A stretch of DNA of 64,000 nt, taken from Octopus vulgaris. Taxonomy: Eukaryota. How positions within the stretch are numbered: position 1 is the stretch's first letter; each line of letters starts with the position of its first letter. The stretch is taken from assembly GCA_951406725.2 (NCBI GenBank), contig OX597815.1, forward strand, positions 166,966,001 through 167,030,000, read 5' to 3'. The notes under the pieces are model-generated. The model searched no databases and had not been told where the DNA came from. It saw only the letters and a list, made by a program, of their open reading frames with translations. Of this stretch, positions 1 through 12,457 are shown piece by piece. The position numbers and the translations under genes are program-made.

Positions 1-81
1 AGTGCCAATATTTCTAAATAAGGCGAGGAGTTGGTAGAACGATTAGCACGTTGGGCAAAATACTTAGCAACATTTCGTCCG

Positions 82-520
82 GGATCTTTTCGGTTTGAAC
101 GGCAGTTTTTAATATAATTTCTAGGTAACTAAAAAAATTTTAAACTTGGTATACTGGTAGAATGTGTTTATAAAACATCTTTTTTCTCTTGGCTTTATTG
201 AGAAAATTCTATAGTTTGTAAGATATTTGGTCTTTAATTTCTTGCATTTCGGCAATTTCAACCAATCAATGACCGTCTATTAAGGTGAAAGCATTCTGTG
301 CCGTATGAATATGTCCCTCGTTTAAGAAACAGATTGGGTTTATTTACATTTGTGAAGAAAACAAGATATCCTCCCCCACCCTTAACCCTAACCCTAACCC
401 TAACTAACCCTAACCCTAAAATAGATTGAAATGCAATAGATCAATACTAAGGTCATAATTATGGGTGACAATTTCATATGTCACCGCTAGAAAAAACTGC
501 CGTTCAAACCGAAAAGATCC
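82..520. mobile_element. Non-autonomous DNA transposon (MITE), possibly Merlin-like, with internal telomere-type repeats
   Basis: ~29-bp TIRs GGATCTTTTCGGTTTGAACGGCAGTTTTT (82-110) and its reverse complement (492-520); exact 8-bp TSD TTCGTCCG at 74-81 and 521-528. A GG start with an 8-bp TSD fits Merlin (inference). Confidence 0.88.
383..419. repeat. Interstitial (CCCTAA)n telomere-type repeat
   Basis: taaccctaaccctaaccctaactaaccctaaccctaa inside the MITE. Confidence 0.9.
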
Positions 521-2514
521 TTCGTCCGTCTTTACGTTCTAGGTTTAAATTCCGCTGAGGTCGATTTTTTACCTTTCATTCTTCTGGAGTCGATAACATA
601 ACTACCAGTTGAATACTGGGGTTGATGTAATCGATTAGCTCCGTCCTCCGAAATTGCTGGCCTCGTGCCAAACTTTGAAATCAGTATTTTTAAATGCGAC
701 CCTCGTATATCATCGATCTAAGTACTGTGATTCAGTTGTGTAAGCATGTGTGTAACGCGCTAATTCAGCGTAAGTCGTTGACCCACCTCTGTTAAAGTTC
801 TGTGATTTTTTTCCCCTCAACGTTTCAGAACATAAAGATACTTGATCATCTGTTCACTTTGTATCTCAAGAAAGAGACAAAGGAAGGTATAAATAGGTGC
901 TTTATTTTGCCTCTTGAGTTAAAAAATTCCTGTGAGATAACATTTGTCTTCATTACAATTTTTTTCTTGCCTTTAAAATTCTGGTAAAGTTGCATTTATC
1001 CTAGTTACAAAAGTTTGGCAATGATAGAATTAGGTCCTTCTCTGTCTTCCTTGGATTAAACAGTCTAGTAAAGATTTCGCCAAGTGGATTGTTTTCTCAG
1101 TAAGGCATTTTAAAATAGTTCATTGTGTTAGAAGCAGAGGCAAATGCTAATGTTTGTTTACTTTTTTCGCTGTTTTGTTCATTTGACCAAAGAGAAAAAA
1201 AAATTTGCTTACATTGTGCATGGTTGTTGCTGATAATTGTCAAATAGTTACGAATGTATATTCAAGGTTAGTGAGTTTTGTAATAAAGAAATAAAAACAC
1301 TTCTTTTCTCCTTGTAAATTTTTCTTTTTTCGTTTCAAAATATATACGGTGGGTCTAGTTTCTCTGGTTAGTGATGGCTAGTTTTAGGTTGAATATATGC
1401 CTAAAAGAATATTAATGTTTAAACAGTTTGAGAATGAGCAACCATTTTTCTCTCCACTTATGAATGAGATATCCAGAATTGTTTCTGAATATTTCAAGGA
1501 ACCATTTAAAAGAAATGTTTTTTGTTTTCTTTCAGTTAAGCATGTTAGAGAAAAAAAAATGAGTCACAAATCACACGTTTTTCGACCCCAGTCGTTTTTG
1601 AACACAGAACATAAACACGGTCAAAATACTGCTCTAATAATTCGGCCAACTCGCCGCCAAAAAAATTACTGTTTTTGTCATAGGCTGGTTAAATCTGAAT
1701 TTTATCTTGTGACACTTGTGTATACAATTGAAGGGTAAATTGTCCTTAAATGGGAATGGAAACCGAGTTGCTCTCCCGCAGTTTGAATATGCGCACATAC
1801 ACACACACACACACACACGTTAAATTGTCACCAAGCCATGTTTTACATGTTTTACAAAACTGGAAAAACAAAAATCGACACCAACCTCGTGATATTTGAT
1901 CTCAAACTGTAAGTGACGTAGCTAAACACCTCGAGGCATTTTACTTGGCGCTACACTATGATATCCAAGGTTTTTCTTTCCTACCAGTAATGATATTTAC
2001 CACATACTAAATAAAATAGTACCGTTTATTTAAAAAATAATCTTTTGTTTTTTGTAGTAAATTATAAGCCATTTTTCTCTTTATAAGAAACTTCGTAAAA
2101 TGCCGAGTTTAGTTAATTTACTGGTCCCGAGGTATGCTGTTCTGACGATTACAAAGAAGGATGAAATAGCGCTATACGTGACTACAAATGAGTAGAAGCT
2201 TTAAGAACTTTATATTACGCAGATTAAAAAATTAATGTGTATGCTCTTTACTCTTTGATGTAAATACCTGAACTTTGATGTAAATTCCTTAACTTTATCT
2301 TAATCTTACAGAAATTATCTCCCCCATAATGACAAGTTCAGCAAGATCGCACACCATGTGTTCTTATTTTTTAAATATTTTTACTAAAAACACCTCGTTT
2401 CTTTTACAGACACCCTATAGCAAGGTGGTGGTGTTAAATTGGATGTAGAAATAAGTATACTACAAAAGATATGTCAATCTGATTGATTTTCACACAGTTC
2501 TGTCTATTCTATTT

Positions 2515-2746
2515 AAGGTGGCGAGCTGGCAAAAACGTTAGCACTCCTGGCGAAATACTTAGCAGTATTTCGTCTGACGCTACGTTCTGAGATCAAATTC
2601 CACCGAGCTCGACTTTGCTTTTCATCCTTTCGGGGTCGATTAAATAAGTACCAGTTACGCACTGGGGCCGATATAATTGACTTAATCCGTTTGTCTGACC
2701 TTGATTGTCCACTCTGTGTGTAGCCCCTTGTGGGCAGCAAAGAAAC
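2515..2746 (+). mobile_element. tRNA-derived SINE family 1
   Basis: ggtggcgagctggcaaaaacgttagc...tttcatcctttcggggtcgattaaataagtaccag...gccccttgtgggcagcaaagaaa; near-identical to copies at 22429 and 48939. Confidence 0.85.
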
Positions 2747-3349
2747 AACAGCTCTGTCTATTCTCACTTCACTCACAAGGATCTATCCAAAGCAATGATG
2801 AAATTCACTTTCCGAAGTTGTCGTCCAGTGGGATTGTTTCTGAAAGAACATGAATGCGAAGCGAACAATTTGATAACATGAACATGAACGTGCCCCAGCA
2901 TGGCCGTGGCCTTTGGGCTGAAACATTTTTAAGGATTTAAGGATTCATGTGTATAATACATATCCAGATTATTAGGATCCGTGCTGTGATGTGCATCACA
3001 AATTTTAATAATATAAAGTTTAACACAAGACATGCTGCCATTCATTACAACATTGAAGCTATGGGAAAAGTACAAAAGAAAAAAGGGAGGAACAAAAGAT
3101 TATTCTTCTAATATCATGACTCGGTTACGCAAAGAAATTACATCTTCAAGAGTATCCAGTCGCACATTGTCTTCTAATATCACTATAACGTGAACAATGA
3201 ATATTTAGTAACTACAACCACCGTAACCCCATAAATTTACAATAACACTACCGGTAGCAGTAACATAATTTTTAATGCTGAATAGAAACTGTAACAATGT
3301 GCTAAATACAGCTACAACCAAAAGAACCACAGCAGCAGCAGCAGCAACA

Positions 3350-3708
3350 CGTGGAGGCGCAATGGCCCAATGGTTAGGACAGCGGACTCGCGGTCGGAGG
3401 ATCGCCGTTTCGATTCCCAGACCTGGCGTTCTGTGTGTTTATTAAACGAAAACACTTAAAGCTCCACGTGTCCCCTGTTGTACACTTTAGCTCCAACTTT
3501 CTCTCACTCTTTCTTCCTGTTTCTTGTCCCCGACTTCTTACGCAAACGCTGAGCGTGGATGCGTATTCATCCATCCGTCGATGCTCTCGGTGTCGGGGGT
3601 TAACCTGCTTTCTCTTCTTACGAATAGCAAAGGACCACGTTTCGGACTTCTCCCATCTTGCGAGCCCTGGGACGAAGACCGTTCGCTCAACAACAACAAC
3701 AACAACAA
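3350..3708 (+). mobile_element. tRNA-derived SINE with (CAA)n tail
   Basis: A-box 'tggcccaatggttagg' and B-box 'gtttcgattccc'; (caa)n tail; flanking cagcagcagcaaca duplicated on both sides. Confidence 0.75.
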
Positions 3709-4206
3709 CAGCAGCAGCAACAGCAATATGATCACAGTTTAAAGCAATCAGGAAATAGAAATGTATACGGAATATGAAGTAAATATTTGCAAAAAACCCA
3801 AACTATCTGGTACATAACACTTCTAGTCTCATTACATTTATTTGGGACCCAGAATCATCATTGATAACCATTCTGAACAATCAAAGCTCTATACAACTGA
3901 AGAGCGTTTTGTTAGGTTTCATTGTGCAGCTAAATCCGCCCAAATAATATTATGGGACAGACGATGGATCCTTAGTAACGCAATTAATTAAGACAAAGGC
4001 ACTTGTGTGGTAGATAATAAGATTGGACTAAATATACAAGAGAGCCTAGTTAAGCGCTTTTACATCCTGTGTGTAATAGAGTTTAACTTGTTCTTCAATA
4101 ATCCAGTTTCAATTTTGTATGTGTGTTTGTATGTATGTATGCATGTATGGACACAGGCATAGCTGAGTAGCTGTGTGTTTAAGAAGTTCACTACGCAAAC
4201 ATGAGG

Positions 4207-5482
4207 TTACAAAGCCTTGGGAACAGGTTCGAACTCTGACGTCATATATCTTGACTTCAGTAAAGCGTTCGACAGGATAGACCATAATATCCTACTCTCA
4301 AAATTGGCAAATGTTGGAATCCGTGGAAAACTTCTACACTGGATTAAGTATTTCCTGGCGAATAGAACACAACATGTTGTAGTTGATGGGGTCCACTCAA
4401 GCCCAGCAAAAGTCACCAGCGGTGTCCCCCAGGGGACTGTCTTGGGCCCGCTATTCTTTATAATTTACATAAACGACCTTTCCAGTGTCGTACATTACTG
4501 CAAAGTGAAAATATTTGCTGATGACACTAAGCTCCAGCAAATCGTCAATGAAGAATCAGACCGAACTCAACTCCAGTCTGATCTATTTGCTGTGAGTCAA
4601 TGGGCAGACAGAAACAAAATGCAACTGAACGAGGGAAAATTTGAGCTGATGCATTTTGGAAGAAATTCCTTACTAAAACAGCCATACTCTCTTCCTTCAG
4701 GGGAACCGCTCACAGCCTCTAACAATATCAGAGACCTGGGTGTAATTGTTGATGACGATCTCAGTTGGAGTGCACACATCAACAATAAGGTCGATATTGT
4801 TCGGAGGATGAGTTCCTGGATCTTAAGAACTTTCCGGTCCAGAGAACAAGGTGTCATCATACCACTTTTCTCCTCCTTTGTACGGCCACACCTCGAATAC
4901 TACTGCCCACTGTGGTCTCCCCTTACAAGACAAAACATCTCGAGGATTGAATCACTCCAGAGGGCACTCACTAAACGAATTGAAGGCATAGCTGCTCTCG
5001 ATTATTGGGACCGCCTTAAAGCCTTGAAACTCTACTCTCTCCAGCATCGTCGTGAGCGGTTCATCATTTGTACGATGTGGAGAATATACCGCCAACTTTG
5101 CCCAAACGACCTGAACATTAGCTTCAAGGTCCATCCAAGACTGGGACCACGTGCCATACGTCCCCTGCCCAATTCAAGATCACGGCATACATGTACACTG
5201 CAACATAATTTCTTTTCCTCAACAGGCCCTGCCCTATTTAACATTGTCCCGAAAGAGATCAAAGAGGAAAAGGATCCCTTCAACTTTAAACGGTGTCTGG
5301 ATAGATTTCTTCAAGGAATACCAGATAAGCCACCCATAATTGGATACAACTCACCCAACAAAAACTCATTACTTGAATGGACCATGAACAAAACTTGACT
5401 TAAACAGGATTTAGGTAATCCTATTAGGTGGTGCTATTAGGTTAGACATGGCCTGGACCAATCTTTGGTCGAAACATATCTA

Positions 5483-5487
<5 letters not shown>
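4207..5487 (+). mobile_element. 5'-truncated CR1/L2-group LINE, uninterrupted RT C-terminal ORF (4217-5398) plus 3'UTR
   Basis: RT motifs YLDFSKAFD, SGVPQGTVLGP, IFADD, RDLGV, RPHLEY..PLWSP, LKLYSL; ends in (TA)n. Confidence 0.95.
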
Positions 5488-5526
<39 letters not shown>

Positions 5527-5529
<3 letters not shown>

Positions 5530-6552
5530 GCCCTCTCAGATATGCCCGCAAATGCTCGAATAGCCACTCTGGCCAGCTACGCAGACGATACGAAAGTCTC
5601 GCAGAAAATACAGAACCCCAGCGATGTTGCACACCTGCAGCAGGAGTTGGACTCAATCTACAGATGGGCTGAGGATAATAATATGCAGTTTAATGCTGAA
5701 AAATTCCAGGCCCTGCGCTACCAGCATCCAAAACTGAATATTAAACTTACAGGATACACCGGTCCACAGGGAATTTCAATCCCAGAGCCTAAGTCTGTGA
5801 GCGACCTGGGTATCGACATGAGTGATGATACCTCTTTCCAAGTGCACATTGCCAGGATGGCGACAAAGTGCAGACGACTGGCTGGGTGGATCCTAAGAAC
5901 ATTCAGAACCAGAGATAAGGAAACCATGATGGTCCTCCAACGGACATTCGTCCTCAGCCGCCTGGATTACTGCTCACAGCTATGGTCACCCACCAGTGTA
6001 AAATTAACAGCGGACCTTGAAGCAATGCAGAGAAGATTCACAAAGAAGATCGTCTCTTTGCAACAGCTCAGCTACTGGGAAAGGTGGAAACAGCTAAGAC
6101 TCTACTCCCTGAAGAGAAGACGGGAGAGGTATACAGTAATATATGTCTGGAAGATCCTGGAAGGAATTGTGCCAAATTTTTGCATTGTAAGCTACACCAA
6201 TGCTAGAACGTGACGACACTGTATAGTGCCAAAGATCCCAGCAATGCCATCACGCTTCAGGACCAACTTCTGCAACAGCCTGGGTTTCAAGGGCCCACAG
6301 CTTTTTAATATTCTCCCAAAGAGTCTGAGGAACTTGCACAAAGTAGATGTAGCGGTTTTTAAATCAAAGCTGGACATCTTCCTGTCGAGAGTCCCAGATG
6401 AACGTACCTCACGGCCAGAGGTGCAAATGAGGGTAGCTATATCAAACTCCATTCTTCACCAAGAGCTACATATTAGAGGAGGCTCTTAGTAATAACAGTG
6501 TAGCACAAAACGGCGGTGCATCAGCATGGCCGCAACTCTGAGATGAAACAAA
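5527..6552 (+). mobile_element. Second 5'-truncated CR1/L2-group LINE (different family), RT C-terminus with one premature stop
   Basis: YADD, MQFNAEK, SDLGI, SRLDYCSQLWSP, LRLYSLKRRRER; TGA at 6211-6213, then GPQLFNILP..FKSKLD; flanked by (TA)n on both sides. Confidence 0.95.
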
Positions 6553-6553
6553 T

Positions 6554-6635
<82 letters not shown>

Positions 6636-6670
6636 CATATATATATACATATATATTTATATATATATAT

Positions 6671-7561
6671 CAAACTAAGGTTGCACAACAAACAAATACA
6701 AGATCATCCACGAAACATTTCATATCTCGAACATTTAATCATAGAATATACATGTATAACATCACGGAAGATGAAACATAACTCGTCTGTAAAAGCATAT
6801 AAGAAAGTGCGAGAAAGAAATAAGAAATGTATAATAAGATAAAAGTTCATCGTTTAGAATTTTTTTTAAAATTACTTTTCAGATAAGGGAAGCCTATAGT
6901 TAAAAGCCAGTGTCCAAGCAAAAACGAAGAAACCATATTTACATTCCCTATGGCCATTTGAGGGGTACGTTACTGTATATAAAGCAAGAGGGTGTATCAC
7001 AATAATAACTCCTTCTTCAGGGGAAAAGTAGAGAGACAGACATCACGTATCAGGGCGAGACCTCCTTAACCAGTTATTATTGTGATGCACCCTCGTGCAT
7101 TAAATACAGTAATGTACCACTGAAATGGCCATAGGGAATGTAAATATGGTTTTTTTTTTTTGCTTGGACACTGGCTTTTAACTATAGGTTTCCCTTATCT
7201 GAAAAGTAATTTTTAAAAAAAATTCTAAACGATGAACTTTTATCTTACCTTATATATTATACATTCCTTATTTATATGCTTCCTATATATATATATTTAT
7301 ATATTTTTATATACCTATATATCTATATATTACTTTATACTTTATATTTTTACGTATTTATTATTCTAGGTGTTGTAATGTTTTTAAAAATATATATATT
7401 TCTTAATCGCTAAAGTATTAACTTTTGACCTTTTCTCGCACTTTCTTATATGCTTGTACAGATGAGTTATGTTTCATCTTCCGTGATGTTATACATGTAT
7501 ATTCTATGATTAAATGTAACGTGGATGAGCTTGTATTTGTTTGTTCTACAACCTTAGTTTG
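6671..7561. mobile_element. (TA)n-anchored fold-back element (Penelope pLTR-like) with decayed hammerhead
   Basis: Arms 6671-7010 and 7072-7561 are reverse complements; the right arm has an AT-rich insert at ~7270-7430. Confidence 0.8.
6944..7025 (-). ncRNA. Type I hammerhead ribozyme motif, decayed (GAAA>CAAA)
   Basis: Minus strand: TTCCC-CTGAAGA-AGG...CCT-CAAA-TGGCCA-TA-GGGAA; the opposite arm keeps GAAATGGCCATAGGGAA at ~7122-7138. Confidence 0.65.
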
Positions 7562-7645
7562 ATATATTTGTCTCATTCAATTGAGCACTTCTATAGCAGT
7601 CGTATTAAACATTTTGTTCCTGATAAGAAACAATCACTGTATTAT

Positions 7646-7743
<98 letters not shown>

Positions 7744-7744
7744 T

Positions 7745-7776
<32 letters not shown>

Positions 7777-7779
<3 letters not shown>

Positions 7780-8210
7780 TATTATAAAAGGCAGATTTTA
7801 TCTGCCTCCCTTTGGGAGTTATACAAATCTACAATATAGGATTTCTTCAATTACAATTTACCTACCATTTTTAAGAGTACAATGCATCGCATCATGCCAG
7901 GTCCAGTTTTTAAAATTTAAACTCCAATTAAGCAAAATTTACAGAAAACTCACATTCTGGTGTGTGTGTCAAATGCTTTTCTTAGTCTGGTTTACACCAC
8001 ACGCAAACGCACACACACAGTGGGCAACGAATAAAGTGAAACTAGATGTAATATTTGTTTCTCTCTATCACGCTGATAGAAACATGAGTAAAATGTATGG
8101 GAAGCTAACACATAAGTGTGAGTGAAAATGTTCTTGGAAGAGAGTAAATAGCCAGAGATAGTGATTTGAGGAAGACTTTACATTAAATAACCGTACTGGC
8201 TTGTGTTAGT
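7777..8210 (+). mobile_element. Possible non-autonomous Helitron
   Basis: 5' 'TCTTATTATAAAAGGCAGATTTTATCTGCC' follows (TA)n and resembles the other Helitron starts; the 3' end is degenerate ('ccgtactggcttgtgttagt'). Confidence 0.45.
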
Positions 8211-8248
8211 AATAAAGTAAACATACACTCATACATACATACATACAT

Positions 8249-8281
<33 letters not shown>

Positions 8282-8344
8282 TACATACATACACACACAC
8301 ATACATACACACATACATACATACATACATATACATACATACAT

Positions 8345-8375
<31 letters not shown>

Positions 8376-8631
8376 TACACACACACACAGTATTGAAGCT
8401 TGAGAACAATCAGATACATTTGCAACACATCTGTTGAAAATATTATTGTTCACACACATACATATACATATATACATACATACAGACAGACAGATAGACA
8501 CACACACACACACACATGATCCAGCATGGCCACAACCTCAAGGCTGAAACATATAAAAGAATAACAGAATATAAATGTGTGCATGTGTGTGAGAGAGAGA
8601 GTGTGTGTGTATATGTATGTATGTATGTATG

Positions 8632-8662
<31 letters not shown>

Positions 8663-8841
8663 ATATATATAATAATGCGGTTTTTTCAACAGCTTGAACT
8701 AAAAGTCAGAGGGGAATGGGATAAACTACTTATATTAACTTGCTATAAAAGCAGGTAGTAATTTTATCTTGTCCTTATTCATAGTGCAAGTTTTGAAGAG
8801 TGCATTTCGATTTTAACAGCTATTTTTTTCAAAGCTATATT

Positions 8842-9100
8842 GGAACAGCCTAGAAGACGAGCCTCATCCTGAAAGATCTGTAGAACTCGACAAGGACATC
8901 CTGAAAACCCTGGTGGAACAATATCTCATCGTAACTGTTGAGGAACTAGCAGAGAAGCTTGGATTTGGTCATTCAACCATTCATTGAGACCTGTGTGCTA
9001 TCGGAAAAGTCAGCAAATTGGGTCAATGGGTTCCTCACGAACTTTCCGAGTCTAATTGCATGCAGAGAGTGAATGTATGCTTTTCTTTGCTGTCACATCT
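8842..9100 (+). pseudogene. mariner transposase fragment (HTH-linker region)
   Basis: Translates SLEDEPHPERSVELDKDILKTLVEQYLIVTVEELAEKLGFGHSTIH*DLCAIGKVSKLGQWVPHELSE; WVPHEL is the mariner signature; one stop codon. Confidence 0.9.
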
Positions 9101-9122
9101 CACCACTACTGCGCTATGTATA

Positions 9123-9760
9123 TCTATATATATAAAACTGTAGTTGTGTGAGTGTCTGTCCCCTTCGATTTAGATTCCTAACTACTCCCACATTTTGCGG
9201 TGCAGTTTAACCAAATTCGGGTAGCTTATAGTCGTGATTCATATCGAGCCCGTCTGAGTATTAGCGCGCGTCTACGATGAGTCTACGATTTTAAAAATAA
9301 TTTAACATCATTTTTTATTCCATTTTAATGCATAATTTTTCGTGTGTCGATGGCGGCGGAGTTGGCATCCACGCTCACACCTGCACCTGTGGGGAAGGGA
9401 GTGCAAGGAAATCAATGTCGTAATGCGTTGTCAAGGAGACCAGCGTTCTTTTAGAACAACGACTTCATGGCTTGAAGACACCAAAACAGAAATGGCTAAG
9501 AAAGCGTCTACATGAGTCTACGATTTAAAAAAAAATTTACCATCGTTTTTTTTCCCATTTTAATGCATTTTTTCGCTATTATATAAGGAAAGTAACTCTC
9601 TAAAAATGTCTACGATGAGTCAACGATTTTTCAAAAAATTTACCATCATATTTTTTCCATTTTTAATGCATTTTTTGCTATTTTTTGGCTATAACTCTCT
9701 AAAAATGCTTATATAGTTATTTCCCTTACAAACCCGAGCAACGCCGGGCGATACTGCTAG
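9123..9760 (+). mobile_element. Non-autonomous Helitron
   Basis: Starts TCTATATATATAAA after an A; ends with hairpin CCCGAGCAACGCCGGG then CTAG followed by T; three internal copies of a 'tctacgatgagtctacgatttt...ccattttaatgca' unit. Confidence 0.88.
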
Positions 9761-10270
<510 letters not shown>

Positions 10271-12457
10271 TACAGGTATTGCGAGTCAAATGGTAAAACT
10301 ACAACACAAAATATGAGTAAATGTATATTTATATTGATATTTTGCGGAAGCATCAGTATGATGCATGGTCAGAGATTGAAAAGAGATGGGTTAGCCACAG
10401 CAGAAATCTAAAGAAAACACCACTACCAACAAAAAAAAGCTTTGCAACTACTGTGACTAGGAACCTGCCAACAAACAAACACGTCTAATATAAATGTATA
10501 TTTACGAGTACCAATAGTGATTGGTAAGATTCTTGGAGAGTGGCTCGATTTTTTATTTCTGTAATGTAATCTTTCATGTGGTTTTGTGTAAAAGAATTTA
10601 TGCGTATCTAATTTTTAAGCAGGAGTCAGAAAGTTAACTAAACGGAGATAAACTAAGATTGGTATGATGCATAACCTTATGTTTTGCTTGTTCTAAATTT
10701 TTCTAAATCTTGAATTATGTGAGACTGTTTGGCCATCGGTCTTGTATAAAATTTCCTCGCAAAGTAGAGACACATTTGAAGGTAAAAATGTAAATTTTAA
10801 TGACCTTGCAAAATATTTCGTCGCCTTTATTTTTATCCAAAAATAAATTATCAAAAATTAGAAGTTATTTACATGCATGCACAATGATGTTTATATTGGA
10901 TTCCCTGATTTCTATAAAATTACTAGCGAAAGTTAAGGACTTATAAAGAAGATCAGCTTTTTCGGTAGGTGAGGTAAAGTTCAATTATATTGAACTATGT
11001 GAATTTGCAAATTGACTATCGTTGACACTTATGAACTACTCTATGCTGGAAAACTTTTTATTCCACAGTGAAAGAGAAATAACTTTCCTTACTAACTTGC
11101 ATTTAGGGTGATAAATAAATCGACTTTATGAGCATTAAATGTAAAGAAGGGTTTATTGCAAGATTACATATTCAACTCAATTGTTTATTTTAATTTCAGT
11201 CTTTTGCTTCAAGGTTCATGGAATATGTAGTGTAATGTTAATAGGTAATTGCTTGCGATATATAATGTAATGTTACTGAGAGTTAAAGCGATTTGTATTG
11301 TAACTGAGTTTCAGGTTTTCAATTGTTGAAACAGTTGGATTAACAAAACGGTCTAACAATATGTATGCAAAAATATTCACAAAATATCGAAATATGATAA
11401 ACCAACATTGAATCAGAAAATCAAGTTTTAACTGCTTATTTTCAGTAGCGTAGAAAAACGTGAGACAAATTTTTCATGTATTTTTTGCCAGGCGCACAAT
11501 GTATTATATCTTTATCAATTACCACACAAAAACGCATGCTGCCTTTATGCTACCAGTTCTATGTTAAAGAAAAACGTTACTCATGTTTCATAGCCCTTTC
11601 ATCCATATAAACTAATGCAAATATAAAAATATCCCTAATATGTGAATAAAACCCATAAATAAATGAAATGTTCTCTTGTTTATGAAGTTTCGATGTCGAT
11701 GAATTACTTTTCGCCTTTACTGTTAAGACTAAATTTCAGTGTTCGCTAAATCCTTTGTCAATTGGTATTTGGGAATTCCTCAATAAATAAAAATTAAATT
11801 TACTTCAAGTATTCATCAAATCCGACATGTTATCAAAAATCGCTAACAGCTTTAAAAAAATGCACATACTTTTATGTAATTTGAACAACCCTAAAATATG
11901 CTCTTTCAAGGACATGTCTTTTCAAGGCATAACTTTGTCAAGACAAGTTCTTCACGGTTATTAGTAAAATAAAACATGAAACGAGTTTTATAGAAAGTTA
12001 TACTTCTGAGAAGGAGAGAGATTGCTCATTGCAAAAGCATTAATGTGCGATAACGTGTATTCTGCTATGGACCAATCGATATTCGATTGTAAATGATATT
12101 GCATTTGAATCCCTGGTGCTTCGTTTATCTTAAGTCAACCTTGTCGATCACAAGTATCAAAAGTACTCCAGTGAGGGTGAAACCTGAAGGTCATCTTGCT
12201 GCTATTTATAGCAGATGGTGGCCAAGTAGAGGCTCACCGTTCATTCATATCTTGATAGTATACTGGTAAGGTGCCTTACTGAATGTTTTAATATAAAGTT
12301 GCAATAATAATCACTAAAGGAATATGTTGGAATCCCCGTTCTATTTTGTTGTCTACAAGTTCATGCCTTTGAAGTGACAGATATTAAAGATGTTGCAATT
12401 ACTTCATGGAGAATAGACTTAACATGTTTTTAATGCAAAGGTTTCGTCCGTGTATAC

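Larger units (their letters stand above)
21..690 (+). mobile_element. tRNA-derived SINE (family 1), interrupted by a MITE
   Basis: Head 'ggcgaggagttggtagaacgattagcac' and body 'tttcattcttctggagtcgataac...ggggttgatgtaatcga' match many other copies in the window (e.g. 22429, 48939); the sequence resumes after the insertion at 521. Confidence 0.8.

Noticed and set aside
800-1290. Possible small host exon (polypyrimidine-CAG at 828, GT at 887) and nearby splice-like sites
   Set aside because: No recognisable protein similarity and no consistent exon chain; such signals arise by chance in AT-rich DNA.
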